In this document: positions 47,733-57,499 of the stretch, piece by piece
Numbering within the stretch: the first letter of the stretch is position 1
Layout: each line of letters opens with the position of its first letter
Source of the DNA: Patescibacteria group bacterium
GTDB taxonomy: Bacteria > Patescibacteriota > Minisyncoccia > Phycocordibacterales > UBA1550
NCBI GenBank assembly: GCA_038062675.1
Contig: JBBTWP010000003.1
Location: 129,378-193,377, forward strand
Direction of reading: 5' to 3'
DNA: 64,000 nt
Made by a program: the position numbers and the translations under genes
Notes under the pieces: model-generated
The model's input: only the letters and a program-made list of their open reading frames with translations
Told to the model about the DNA's origin: nothing
The model's database searches: none

Positions 47733-50700
47733 ATGAATACCATTATGAAAAAAATACAAACAATCCTTTTAGCTTTCGCACTTTTGGTAGTGCCGACGGC
47801 TTCTTTTGCGGCGGCGCTTAATAATGACGCGCAAGATTTTAAGACATTGCGCGCGGTTAATATTACAAAAAATCCCGGATGTGTCGCTTGTCGTTCGACC
47901 GCGATAACCGCAAATCCGGGGGATGTTCTTGCGTTTTCAATTTACTATCACAATACTGGTCCTGACACAGCAAACAATGTGCGCGTGTGGTTGACTCCAC
48001 AAATAAGTCCATCAGGAACAACTCATTCGTTTGTTGCCAAAGTAAGCGCTGATAATGCTTCGGCGGTGAACGGTACTACTGTTGTCACTCTTTCAGGGAA
48101 TCAAACAATAGATTTTCTTCAGGGTTCAGTAATCTGGTGGCCAAACCAATCAGTAACGACTTCAACTGCGTTTCCTTCTGGACAAACAGGAGCGGAGATT
48201 TTTACGAGTGAGGGCTTGAATCTTGGCTCTATTGCTTCGGGATGGGGGACGCAAGGGGCGGTGAATATGCGTTTTCAGGTTGCTAACACAGGAACGGGTG
48301 GAGGCACACAACTTTCTGTCCCAGTTGTTGCCACTCATGTCGCAACGAATGTTTTGACAGGTTCCGCGACACTCAACGGATATGTTGACCCAAAAGGCAC
48401 AACCGACACGGTGCGCTGGTTTGAATGGGGCGCTGCAACGTCGCTCAATAATACGACATATCAAGTAAGTCAGGGTGGGAGCGCTTCAGATTTTTCTGCG
48501 AGCATCTCCGGTCTTACACAAAATAGTGTTTATTCCTACCGTGCTGTTGCACGCAATGCGCAAGGGACAGTATATGGCAGTGTGATGACGCTTACCACTA
48601 CACGCGTGAGTGAGCCAGTGTACGCACCTCTCGTGTCCACACGTTCTGCCTCAGGTGTTCTCTATGAGACTGCAACACTCAACGGTTTTGTTGATCCAAA
48701 AGGTTCAGCCGATACGGTGCGTTGGTTTGAGTGGGGAAGTTCATCTTCTCTCAATAATTCAACCGCTCGTGTAAATCACGGAAGCTCAGCTTCGAATTTT
48801 TCTGCAAACATTTCTGGACTTACTCAAAACACTACCTACTACTACCGTGCAGTTGCGCAAAATGCGCAGGGGACGGTCAACGGAACTACGATGAGTTTTA
48901 CGACAGAATACTTCAACATACCAGATTACCCCTCAGAAATTCTTGTTTCTACGCGTTCAGCGTCGAATGTTTCCCATACCTCTGCAACACTCAATGGCTA
49001 TGTTGATCCAAGTGACTCGACCGATACTGTGCGCTGGTTTGAATGGGGCAGTTCATCATCCATGAACAACACTACCTACCAAGTAAATCAGGGTAGTAGT
49101 GCTTCGAATTTTTCTGCAAACATTTCTGGACTTACTCAAAACACTACCTACTACTACCGTGCAGTTGCGCGAAATGCACAGGGGACGGTGTATGGCAGCG
49201 TGCTTTCGTTTACGACGAGCTACTCTGGAGGCGGAGGTTACTCAATCCCTCTTGTGTACACACGAACAGCTACAAACATCACCTATGACTTTGCTATCTT
49301 GAATGGACATGTTGACCCAAAAGGCACGACCGACACAATGCGCTGGTTTGAGTGGGGGAGTTCTTCGTACATGAACAACACTACTTCGCGTACCTATCAG
49401 AGCAATAATGCATCAGATTTTTCCGCAAGTATTTCAGGATTGGCACAAAACACCACCTACTACTATCGTGCTGTTGCACAAAATTCTCAAGGAACCGTTT
49501 ATGGGGATATGATGAGTTTTTCAACGAACTACACAGGCGGTGGCAATCAAACAACGTTTGTTCCAGTAGTTTCTACACGTAATGCCGAAGTTTCAGGCGA
49601 CTTTGCTGTCTTGAATGGATATGTCGACCCCAATGGCTCAAATGACACAACTCGCTGGTTCGAGTGGGGTGGTTCACAATCACTGGGAAGCCAGACGAGT
49701 CGTCTTGCTCAAGGAAATGTTGCATCGAATTTCAGCGCAACGCTTTCAAGCCTTGTTCCTAACACCACTTATTATTATCGTGCGATGGCGCGCAATTCAC
49801 AGGGTACGGTGTATGGCAGTGTGCTTTCGTTTACGACAAATAGTTACGGCGGCGGATATACCGGAGCACAAATTGCACCAACCGTGTCAACAACACTTGC
49901 AACTGAGATTGCGGCAAACAGTGCACGCTTGAATTCCCTCGTGTTTTCAACAGGGAACTATCCATCAAACGCGTGGTTTGAATGGGGTACTAACACGGCG
50001 CTTGGCAACAAAACGCAAACCGTGAATGTTGGCTCGCTTCCTTCGGTGCGTCATACCGACGTGATTACCGGACTTGTGCCAAGTGTGACGTACTACTATC
50101 GTGCCGTTGCAGAAAATCCCTATGGAAAGAGTTACGGTTCAATTTATAGTTTTGTGGTGAACCAAACTATTAACACTCCTCCTCAAACACCAACAACAGT
50201 GGTGATAACTCAACCTGCGCGACCAACACCTGTTCGTCCGCAAGTTGTGGTCGTAAGTCCGGGTGCGGGAACAGAGTCATTGGTTGAATTGCTACTTGAT
50301 GGTGGCGCCGATACGATTTCTTCAAACGAAGAGCGAACCTATCGCATCTCGTGGAAAAACACCAGCAAGCAGACATTGAAACGCGTTGTCTTGCGCGCCA
50401 TTATCCCTGCTCAAATGAATTTCAAGAGCGCAAGTACTGGCTCTTTCTCGAGCGAGGGAAACATTGTTACTGTCGATGCAGGGACGTTGACTCCGGGTGC
50501 GATTGGCGAAGCGACGTTTGTCGCGACCACAGAGCGTGGACTTGAGTCAGGAACACTTTTGGTAACAACTGTTAATCTTGTATATACCGATGCGAAGGGT
50601 GGACAGGGAGATGCAGTTGCGTATGTAACCCATCGTGTGGAAGCACGAGACGGTGGACAGGGCGCAAGCCCGTTTGGTGCCGGGTCATTCCTTCCGACAA

Positions 50701-50795
50701 CACTCTTTGAGTGGATGATTCTCGTAATCCTTATGCTCCTCCTTGTGCTTCTCGGCAACCATCTTTACGGACGATTTTCAGGACCAAAACACTAA
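47733..50795 (+). CDS. Large surface protein with six FN3-like repeats, DUF11-like domains and C-terminal TM
   Basis: Six ~100-aa units (ATLNG.VDP...WFEWG...YYYRAVA...G.V.G...SFTT consensus). Confidence 0.88.
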   Translation: MNTIMKKIQTILLAFALLVVPTASFAAALNNDAQDFKTLRAVNITKNPGCVACRSTAITANPGDVLAFSIYYHNTGPDTANNVRVWLTPQISPSGTTHSFVAKVSADNASAVNGTTVVTLSGNQTIDFLQGSVIWWPNQSVTTSTAFPSGQTGAEIFTSEGLNLGSIASGWGTQGAVNMRFQVANTGTGGGTQLSVPVVATHVATNVLTGSATLNGYVDPKGTTDTVRWFEWGAATSLNNTTYQVSQGGSASDFSASISGLTQNSVYSYRAVARNAQGTVYGSVMTLTTTRVSEPVYAPLVSTRSASGVLYETATLNGFVDPKGSADTVRWFEWGSSSSLNNSTARVNHGSSASNFSANISGLTQNTTYYYRAVAQNAQGTVNGTTMSFTTEYFNIPDYPSEILVSTRSASNVSHTSATLNGYVDPSDSTDTVRWFEWGSSSSMNNTTYQVNQGSSASNFSANISGLTQNTTYYYRAVARNAQGTVYGSVLSFTTSYSGGGGYSIPLVYTRTATNITYDFAILNGHVDPKGTTDTMRWFEWGSSSYMNNTTSRTYQSNNASDFSASISGLAQNTTYYYRAVAQNSQGTVYGDMMSFSTNYTGGGNQTTFVPVVSTRNAEVSGDFAVLNGYVDPNGSNDTTRWFEWGGSQSLGSQTSRLAQGNVASNFSATLSSLVPNTTYYYRAMARNSQGTVYGSVLSFTTNSYGGGYTGAQIAPTVSTTLATEIAANSARLNSLVFSTGNYPSNAWFEWGTNTALGNKTQTVNVGSLPSVRHTDVITGLVPSVTYYYRAVAENPYGKSYGSIYSFVVNQTINTPPQTPTTVVITQPARPTPVRPQVVVVSPGAGTESLVELLLDGGADTISSNEERTYRISWKNTSKQTLKRVVLRAIIPAQMNFKSASTGSFSSEGNIVTVDAGTLTPGAIGEATFVATTERGLESGTLLVTTVNLVYTDAKGGQGDAVAYVTHRVEARDGGQGASPFGAGSFLPTTLFEWMILVILMLLLVLLGNHLYGRFSGPKH

Positions 50796-50805
50796 CAAAT
50801 GGACT

Positions 50806-50839
50806 AAAAAACCGCCTCATATATGAGGCGGTTTTTTTT
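50806..50839 (+). terminator. Intrinsic terminator
   Basis: aaaaaaccgcctcat-at-atgaggcggtttttttt. Confidence 0.8.
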
Positions 50840-50955
50840 GGTGTAGGTTATGTATTTATTGTAACGTGTCCAAGCCGCTGAACCATTACGCATGACTTGC
50901 AAATATTTTTATATTATGATATAATTGAGTTAGAAATTCACAAGGAGGTCCGAAA

Positions 50956-51093
50956 ATGAAAATGTACATTCAGGCGTCCACGTCTATGGACCATTACATC
51001 ATAAAGACTGTTGTGATAAGTCTTTTTGTTCTGACAATGTTTATGGGTTTGTTAGCTCTTTCCGTTGCATTTGGATTTGGAGGGTTCGAATGA
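50956..51093 (+). CDS. 45-aa single-TM microprotein
   Basis: TTGCAA-17-TATAAT promoter, AAGGAGG RBS, MKMYIQASTSMDHYIIKTVVISLFVLTMFMGLLALSVAFGFGGFE*, terminator at 51111-51142. Confidence 0.65.
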   Translation: MKMYIQASTSMDHYIIKTVVISLFVLTMFMGLLALSVAFGFGGFE

Positions 51094-51264
51094 GGGCCAC
51101 TATATATTGTAAACCGCTCGGTAGTCTCTGGGCGGTTTTTTTGTAATTCGCCTTTATGTTTTTGTTGACAAAACACTTGTTTTTTGGTATCATTTAAAAT
51201 AGTTTAGAGTGAGAATTGTTAAAATGTCCTTTGATTTATAAACCAACTAGCAGGGAGACGTGCT

Positions 51265-51816
51265 ATGAAAAAGATGAATATGTCCTTGGTTGCAATGATG
51301 GTATTTTTCTTTTCGCAGATGCTTTTTGCGGAAAGTTCAGAATATGTTGTTGTTGGCAAGATACTGTATCAAAAAGTTTCCCCTACTCAACAAGGCGCCA
51401 CCACTCTTCGGTTAGAAGTTTTGAGTGGTGTTCAGAAAATCTTTGATGAAAACAAGAGCATCCTTCTTGTGCAGGGTGAGGGAGGGCAAGGCTTTATCGT
51501 AGACAAGGCAACCAAGAAGATTCAAGAAGTTGGTGAAAATGTAGCACGAGGCTCAATTTCTCCGCTCAAGCAAAGTGTCTTGATACAAACAAAAAGCGGA
51601 GAGATTTGTTTGATAGGCATCGACACGGGGCTGATTGCAAACGTTGGGACAGGGAACTTCTCTGGATTTTCACCCGATGGAACAAAAATTATCTATTCGA
51701 AAAGAAAGAGTGTGGCGTCTCCTAATCAAAAAGACTCTCAGGAGGTCGTAATATACGATATTGCGGAAGAAAGAGAATCTACCATGTCTGTGAAAAATGC
51801 AGCTTCCCCATTTTAG
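51265..51816 (+). CDS. Secreted protein with partial TolB-like propeller
   Basis: Signal peptide; FSPDGTKIIY. Confidence 0.6.
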   Translation: MKKMNMSLVAMMVFFFSQMLFAESSEYVVVGKILYQKVSPTQQGATTLRLEVLSGVQKIFDENKSILLVQGEGGQGFIVDKATKKIQEVGENVARGSISPLKQSVLIQTKSGEICLIGIDTGLIANVGTGNFSGFSPDGTKIIYSKRKSVASPNQKDSQEVVIYDIAEERESTMSVKNAASPF

Positions 51817-51919
51817 TGAATAAAATTTGTTATTCGTGCGCCCCAGATTGTTCTGTGGGCGCTTTTTTTATAAAAATGATAAGTTTCCGCCATGGGCGCG
51901 AAGGTGGTAAGATGAAGCT

Positions 51920-52414
51920 ATGTTTGGAAAAACCCACGAAATCCCCAAGGTTCCCAAGAGGGAAATAAAGAGCTTGGAAGAATTACACATCTTTGCGGAG
52001 GAGTTTTTGCATAAACTTGTCGCGCTACCCGTAAAAAACTCAGCAACTTTCGTTGCGCTTTCAGGTGAGCTTGGTTCTGGTAAGACAGCATTTACTAAAG
52101 AAGTCGCAAATCTTCTTGGCATTACTGAAACCATTACAAGCCCGACGTTCATCTTAGAGAAAATATATCCAATCCCTGTGGGGTCGCTTGTGGAGGGGCG
52201 ATTTACTACATTGATACATATCGATGCGTATCGCCTTGAGAAACCCGAAGAGATCAAAGCTCTTGACCTCGACGCTCTGGTCGCAAACACGAAAAATCTC
52301 ATATTTTTTGAATGGCCTGAACGCGCCGGCACACTGCTCCCTGTTGATGGAATCAAACTCTCTTTTGAATATGTGAACGAATCTGTGCGCTCAGTTAGTG
52401 GTGTGGATTTGTAA
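51920..52414 (+). CDS. tsaE: t6A biosynthesis ATPase TsaE
   Basis: GELGSGKT, SPTF, HIDAYR, EWP. Confidence 0.95.
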   Translation: MFGKTHEIPKVPKREIKSLEELHIFAEEFLHKLVALPVKNSATFVALSGELGSGKTAFTKEVANLLGITETITSPTFILEKIYPIPVGSLVEGRFTTLIHIDAYRLEKPEEIKALDLDALVANTKNLIFFEWPERAGTLLPVDGIKLSFEYVNESVRSVSGVDL

Positions 52415-52416
52415 TC

Positions 52417-54798
52417 ATGGCTAAAAAAGAATTACGGAAAACACTGGTACTTCTCGACGCACATGCGATCCTTCATCGTGCTTATCATGCGCTTCCAGAT
52501 TTTGTCTCGAGCGCAGGAGAACCGACGGGAGCGCTCTATGGCTTGGTGACGATGCTCATGAAGATTGTAAAAGACTTGAAGCCCGACTATATTGCCGCAT
52601 GTTTCGATCTTCCGCAGCCGACGTTTCGCCACGAAGCGTACGATGCGTATAAGGCGGGACGTGCAAAAACTGATGGTGATTTAGTACACCAGCTCAAGCG
52701 GGCGCGCGATGTTTTTTCAGCGTTTAACATTCCTTCGTACGAACTCACTGGATTTGAAGCCGACGATCTGCTTGCGACCATTGTGGAGCACATGAAAGAC
52801 CGAGATGATGTGCGTGTCATTATTGCATCGGGCGATATGGATACACTTCAACTCGTGGATGATGACCGTGTCCTTGCGTATACATTGAAAAAAGGAATTA
52901 ATGATACGGTGCTTTACGACGAACAGGCGGTGGTCGCGCGCTTTGGTTTTGTTCCAAAACTTTTACCGGACTATAAAGGCTTGCGTGGTGATCCCTCAGA
53001 CAACATTATAGGTATCAAAGGTATTGGTGAAAAAACGGCGACGACACTCATTACCACATTTGGAACGATTGAGGAGATGTACAAAAAATTAAAGAAAGAT
53101 CGCAATGCGTTTCTAGAGGCAAAACTCACGGAGCGTATCGTAAAACTTCTTGAGGAGGGAGAGGAAGAAGCGCTTTTTTCCAAAACACTTGCGACGGTGC
53201 GCCGTGATGCGCCGATTGAATTTCGGTTACCAACGAAGATGTGGCGCGAAAGTTTTGAGTCGGTGCGTGCCGAAGTCTTGCTCACTGAGCTCGATTTTCG
53301 CTCGCTTCGTGATAGGGTGCGGGAGTTTTCGGGGAACAGCTCGAGTGCTTTAGAAACCGAAAACACTCCAGAGCCCGAAGTTATGGAAATAGTAACCTCT
53401 GAAAACTCCGGAGATTTTAAGCGTGCACAGATTGCTCTTTGGCTTATCAACTCCGATCTCACTACGCCATCACTCGAAGATATTTTCCAGCACACTGATA
53501 AGAAAAATCTTGCACCCGCGCTCGAGGCTCTTGAGGCAGAGGTGGTGAAGCAGGGACTTGAGAAGGTGTATCAGGATATCGAAATTCCTCTCATTTCACT
53601 TATTGAAGCGGCGCAAGCCTACGGTATTTTGATAGATGTAAAACACCTCGAAAAACTTTCGCACGAATATCATAAAACTCTCGACGAAATTACGGCGCGG
53701 ATTTACGCGCACGCGGGAGGGGAGTTTAATATGAATTCACCAAAACAACTCGGTGAAATCCTCTTTGACAAACTTGGACTTGCAACGAAGGGTCTTAAAA
53801 AAACCGAGGGTGGTGCGCGCTCGACTCGTGAATCTGAGCTCGTGAAGCTACGCACGGTGCATCCGATTATTGAAGATATTTTATTGTATCGCGAACTTCA
53901 AAAATTGCTCTCAACCTATATCGACAATCTTCCAAACTTGATTGGTGAAGATGGTCGACTGCACACGACCTTGAATCAGGCGGGGACTACAACAGGGCGC
54001 ATGTCGTCATCAAACCCTAACCTGCAAAATATTCCTGTGCGCGGTGAGATGGGGGTCGCCATCAGAAGTGCGTTTGTGGCACCCAAGGGAAAGGTATTGC
54101 TTGCGTTCGATTATTCGCAGATTGAAATGCGTGTCCTCGCTGCACTTTCACAAGATGAAAACTTGCTCGAGATTTTCAAGACGGGCGCGGATGTGCACAC
54201 GTCGGTTGCTGCTCGCGTGTTTAGGGTTTCCGAAAAAGATGTGACAGCAGAAATGCGTCGTCGTGCGAAAGTTATTAACTTTGGGATTGTGTATGGCATG
54301 GGGGTGAATGCCCTCAAGGATAATCTGGGCTCGACGCGTGTGGAAGCTCAAGAATTTTACGATAATTATTTTGTTACGTTTCCCAAAATTGCCGCATATT
54401 TTGAGGATGTGAAAGCACGCGCAAAAAAAGATGGATTTACAACAACGTACTTTGGTCGTCGGCGATTTTTTGCGGGACTCAAATCATCGCTTCCTTTTTT
54501 GCGTGCGAGTGCTGAACGGATGGCGATGAACGCACCGCTTCAGGGAACAGCAGCGGATATTATTAAGATTGCGATGCAAAAAGCAGAAGTGGGGCTCGCG
54601 TCAAAAAACTTATCGGACAAAGCACACCTGCTTCTCCAGATTCATGACGAACTTTTGTACGAGGTCGACGAGAATGCAGTGCCAGGTGTGCGCACGGTGG
54701 TGGAAGAGGCGATGGAACATGCGGTAGAGTTTCCTGTGCCCATTACAGTAAGCGTGAAAAGGGGACACAGTTGGGGGGCAATGGAAGATATAAAATAG
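52417..54798 (+). CDS. polA: DNA polymerase I
   Basis: 5'-3' exonuclease (EADD, GD.SDNI.G..GIG.K), PNLQNIP, DYSQIEMR, K.INFG..YG, QIHDE. Confidence 0.97.
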   Translation: MAKKELRKTLVLLDAHAILHRAYHALPDFVSSAGEPTGALYGLVTMLMKIVKDLKPDYIAACFDLPQPTFRHEAYDAYKAGRAKTDGDLVHQLKRARDVFSAFNIPSYELTGFEADDLLATIVEHMKDRDDVRVIIASGDMDTLQLVDDDRVLAYTLKKGINDTVLYDEQAVVARFGFVPKLLPDYKGLRGDPSDNIIGIKGIGEKTATTLITTFGTIEEMYKKLKKDRNAFLEAKLTERIVKLLEEGEEEALFSKTLATVRRDAPIEFRLPTKMWRESFESVRAEVLLTELDFRSLRDRVREFSGNSSSALETENTPEPEVMEIVTSENSGDFKRAQIALWLINSDLTTPSLEDIFQHTDKKNLAPALEALEAEVVKQGLEKVYQDIEIPLISLIEAAQAYGILIDVKHLEKLSHEYHKTLDEITARIYAHAGGEFNMNSPKQLGEILFDKLGLATKGLKKTEGGARSTRESELVKLRTVHPIIEDILLYRELQKLLSTYIDNLPNLIGEDGRLHTTLNQAGTTTGRMSSSNPNLQNIPVRGEMGVAIRSAFVAPKGKVLLAFDYSQIEMRVLAALSQDENLLEIFKTGADVHTSVAARVFRVSEKDVTAEMRRRAKVINFGIVYGMGVNALKDNLGSTRVEAQEFYDNYFVTFPKIAAYFEDVKARAKKDGFTTTYFGRRRFFAGLKSSLPFLRASAERMAMNAPLQGTAADIIKIAMQKAEVGLASKNLSDKAHLLLQIHDELLYEVDENAVPGVRTVVEEAMEHAVEFPVPITVSVKRGHSWGAMEDIK

Positions 54799-54799
54799 T

Positions 54800-55510
54800 A
54801 TGCTGTACCTTATTCATGGTAGCGATAGAGCAAAAGGGCGCACACAGTTTCAGGCACTCAAAAAGAAATTCTTAGCAGAAGGGTGTGAGGTGCGCGTTGT
54901 GGCAGAGGGGGAGGCAACCGATGGGTTCTTGGATACGGGGGCGGTATCTCGCGGTCTTTTTGGTGAGACGACATTATTTACCTTTGACGGTGTTCTCGAG
55001 AAAAAAGGAGAACAAGAAATATTTACTGCGCATGCAAAAGACCTTGCGCAGTCATCTAATCATTTTTTAATATTTGAACCGACGTTCGAAAAGGAATCGA
55101 TGGGCGTACTTTCAAAACATGCGACCGAAATATTTGAGTATGTAGGAAAGAAAGTTGATACACGCCCCGCGTTCAATATTTTTTCATTGGGTGATGCGCT
55201 CGGCGTACGTAAAAAGAAAGATTTGTGGGTTTTGTATCAACAGGCGATTGCGGCGGGACTTGCGCCAGAAGAACTTTGCGGGACGCTCTTTTGGCAGGTA
55301 AAAAATATGGCGCTCGTGAAGGGGGCAAAGTCGGGAGATGACTGCGGACTTAAACCTTTTGTTGCGCAAAAAGCGCGAGGCTTTGCAAAGAATTACACAC
55401 CGACAGAAATCGTGAATCTTGCGCGTGCGCTCGCAGGGATTTTTCATGAAGACCACCGTGGGGGAGAGCCGATGGGTATTGGGCTCGAAAAATTTATACT
55501 GAGTTTGTAG
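54800..55510 (+). CDS. holA: DNA polymerase III delta-like subunit
   Basis: MLYLIHG.D, GLFG, FNIF.L.DA, PFV..K, LEKFIL; coupled to polA. Confidence 0.6.
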   Translation: MLYLIHGSDRAKGRTQFQALKKKFLAEGCEVRVVAEGEATDGFLDTGAVSRGLFGETTLFTFDGVLEKKGEQEIFTAHAKDLAQSSNHFLIFEPTFEKESMGVLSKHATEIFEYVGKKVDTRPAFNIFSLGDALGVRKKKDLWVLYQQAIAAGLAPEELCGTLFWQVKNMALVKGAKSGDDCGLKPFVAQKARGFAKNYTPTEIVNLARALAGIFHEDHRGGEPMGIGLEKFILSL

Positions 55511-55767
55511 GCGGGGGTCACTTGCAAAAAATTATCGACAACAAAAAAAGCCCAAAATGAGGGGCTTTTTTTCTGCGTGTTCACGAAAGAACTTATTTTA
55601 TTTTTCTCTGCGAGAAACGAAGGTGCAATTGATGATAGTGAGTGGGGAAGTCAGAGGTGATCAGACTCTAAAATCTTACTCGTCATCGGCTACCTGTTTT
55701 CATTATACTCCACACATAGAGATTCGCAAGAGAAATGGTGTGGATAACTGGAAGTGCATATCGTCTG

Positions 55768-56336
55768 GCTCGTGTTTTTTGATTACAAAAAAGCACTGCG
55801 CCTTGCACACACGTTAAGAAAACCTCCCGCAGGGGAGGTTTTCTTAACGTGTGGTCACGGATAATTTTCTCGTCGTCACTCGAAAATTTCCGCGACCCCG
55901 CCTCACTACCTCGTTTTGTGGTCAGGAATAATTTTGTTTTCGTCACGTGTGGTCACGAATCACTAAGCATTTTTTCGTTTCACTCAAAACTGCAAAGTGT
56001 TCGCGAAGCTTTGCACTTGATCTTCTAACTCGCTTCACTCGTAAGAAGATCTACGCCCGGCTCGTGGTTTTTGATTACAAAAACATCACTGCGCCTTGCA
56101 CAAACTAAAAATCTGCCACAGGGCAGATTTTCTTAACGTTTGTGCACCCAGTAGGGGACGGTCACGAGTTACTAAGTCGCTTCGCTCCTAAGTACTCGCG
56201 ACCCCGGCTCGCACGTCGCAGGGCGACATGGCTCCGCCTTTCGATCCCCAGAGCAAGCCAAGCAGTTGGCTTGCTCTGGGTGCACCAAATAAAAAAACAC
56301 GGAAAGAATCCGTGTTTTTTTATTTGGTGCACCCAG
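55768..56336. repeat. Cluster of palindromic repeat units with tRNA-Lys 3'-end copies
   Basis: ~85-bp imperfect direct repeats at 55768 and 56059; gtgcacccagtagg copy at 56142; inverted tRNA end at 56276-56287. Confidence 0.75.
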
Positions 56337-56400
56337 TAGGGATCGAACCTACGACCGTTTGCTTAAAAGGCAACTGCTCTACCAGCTGAGCTATGGGTGC
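56325..56400 (-). tRNA. tRNA-Lys(UUU)
   Basis: GCACCCATAGCTCAGCTGGTAGAGC...loop CTTTTAA...GGTTCGATCC...GGGTGCACCA. Confidence 0.95.
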
Positions 56401-56554
56401 ATATATTTAATTTTCAAACTTTTTACGTTACTTGTTACTCCTCGCTGTTATCTATCAAAACAGCTATGGGTGCATGCTGTGTGCTTGGGTAACGACAAAA
56501 TACTACCACAAAACAAGACTTTTGCAATTCAAACTAGAATGTAGACGTTTTGAC

Positions 56555-56965
56555 CTAGAGGGGGAGGTCAACGGCGAATGCTCCGGGTCCAACAAAAACC
56601 ATAACAAAAGAAACGACGGCAAGAATAATATAAAAGTCGAGCGTGTTCAAAGGGAGCGCTTCCGGACGTTTTATTTTTATTCCTGCCGCGAGCGTCATGA
56701 GGGTTCCCGTCACAAGAGCAGCGACTTGAGTGAATGCGCCCACAATAAGAAGAACGCCCGCAAGGAACTCCGCTCCTGTCACGAGACCAAAAAATACTAT
56801 TGCAGGACGCATGCCAAGTTTTTCAAAAAAAGCCACTCGTGCAGGACGATTACCAAAGAATTTCGCATACGCAAAACCAACAAAAATAAGACCAAGCACC
56901 ACGCGAAGCACGGAGATTGCGAGGAAGTCATAATTGAGAAGGGTTGGAAACATGCTTACCATCAT
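56555..56965 (-). CDS. DoxX-family membrane protein
   Basis: LRVVLG.IF....K, E..AG.LL..G..T, GPG.F..D. Confidence 0.85.
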   Translation of the reverse strand: MMVSMFPTLLNYDFLAISVLRVVLGLIFVGFAYAKFFGNRPARVAFFEKLGMRPAIVFFGLVTGAEFLAGVLLIVGAFTQVAALVTGTLMTLAAGIKIKRPEALPLNTLDFYIILAVVSFVMVFVGPGAFAVDLPL

Positions 56966-57010
56966 GGCGAAAGTATACCAAAAATATCTACAATGCGCTA
57001 TTATTCCTTA

Positions 57011-57493
57011 ATGCAGACAGAAACTCAAATCGCAGTTCTTGTTTTAGAAAATATACGCAGTGCTCAAAACGTGGGGGCGATTTTTCGTACAGCAGACGCA
57101 ATTGGTGTGCAAAAAATATATCTTACCGGCTACACACCAGCACCTATTGATAAATTTGGGCGACCGCAAAAGGAGATTGCAAAGACAGCGCTCGGAGCGG
57201 AAAAAACCATTCCATGGGAAAGTGCTCCCGATACTGCGTCGCTTGTAGCACGTCTTCGGCAGGATGGATTTTTTATTGCGGCAGTGGAAAAAGTGTCCGG
57301 TGCGATGGATTACAAAACATTGGAAGCTCCAGGCAGGGTTGCATTCATATTTGGAAATGAGGTTGACGGCGTGTTGCTCTCGACGCTCGGTGCCACCGAT
57401 GCGGTAGTAGCTATCCCTATGCGGGGGATGAAGGAGTCACTCAACGTAGCGACAACAGCGGGGATTGTTTTGTTTCGAGTGTTGGATAAGTAG
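57011..57493 (+). CDS. SpoU/TrmH-family RNA methyltransferase
   Basis: N.RS..NVGAIFRTAD, FGNEV.G, IPM.G.KESLNVA. Confidence 0.9.
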   Translation: MQTETQIAVLVLENIRSAQNVGAIFRTADAIGVQKIYLTGYTPAPIDKFGRPQKEIAKTALGAEKTIPWESAPDTASLVARLRQDGFFIAAVEKVSGAMDYKTLEAPGRVAFIFGNEVDGVLLSTLGATDAVVAIPMRGMKESLNVATTAGIVLFRVLDK

Positions 57494-57499
57494 AGGATA

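Noticed and set aside
48330-50150. Periodic repeats as a CRISPR array or DGR
   Set aside because: In-frame ~100-aa FN3 repeats; no spacers, cas genes or reverse transcriptase
56432-57010. N-terminal 193 aa of the 353-aa ORF
   Set aside because: Antisense shadow of doxX; the real SpoU gene starts at 57011, 6 nt after a -10 box
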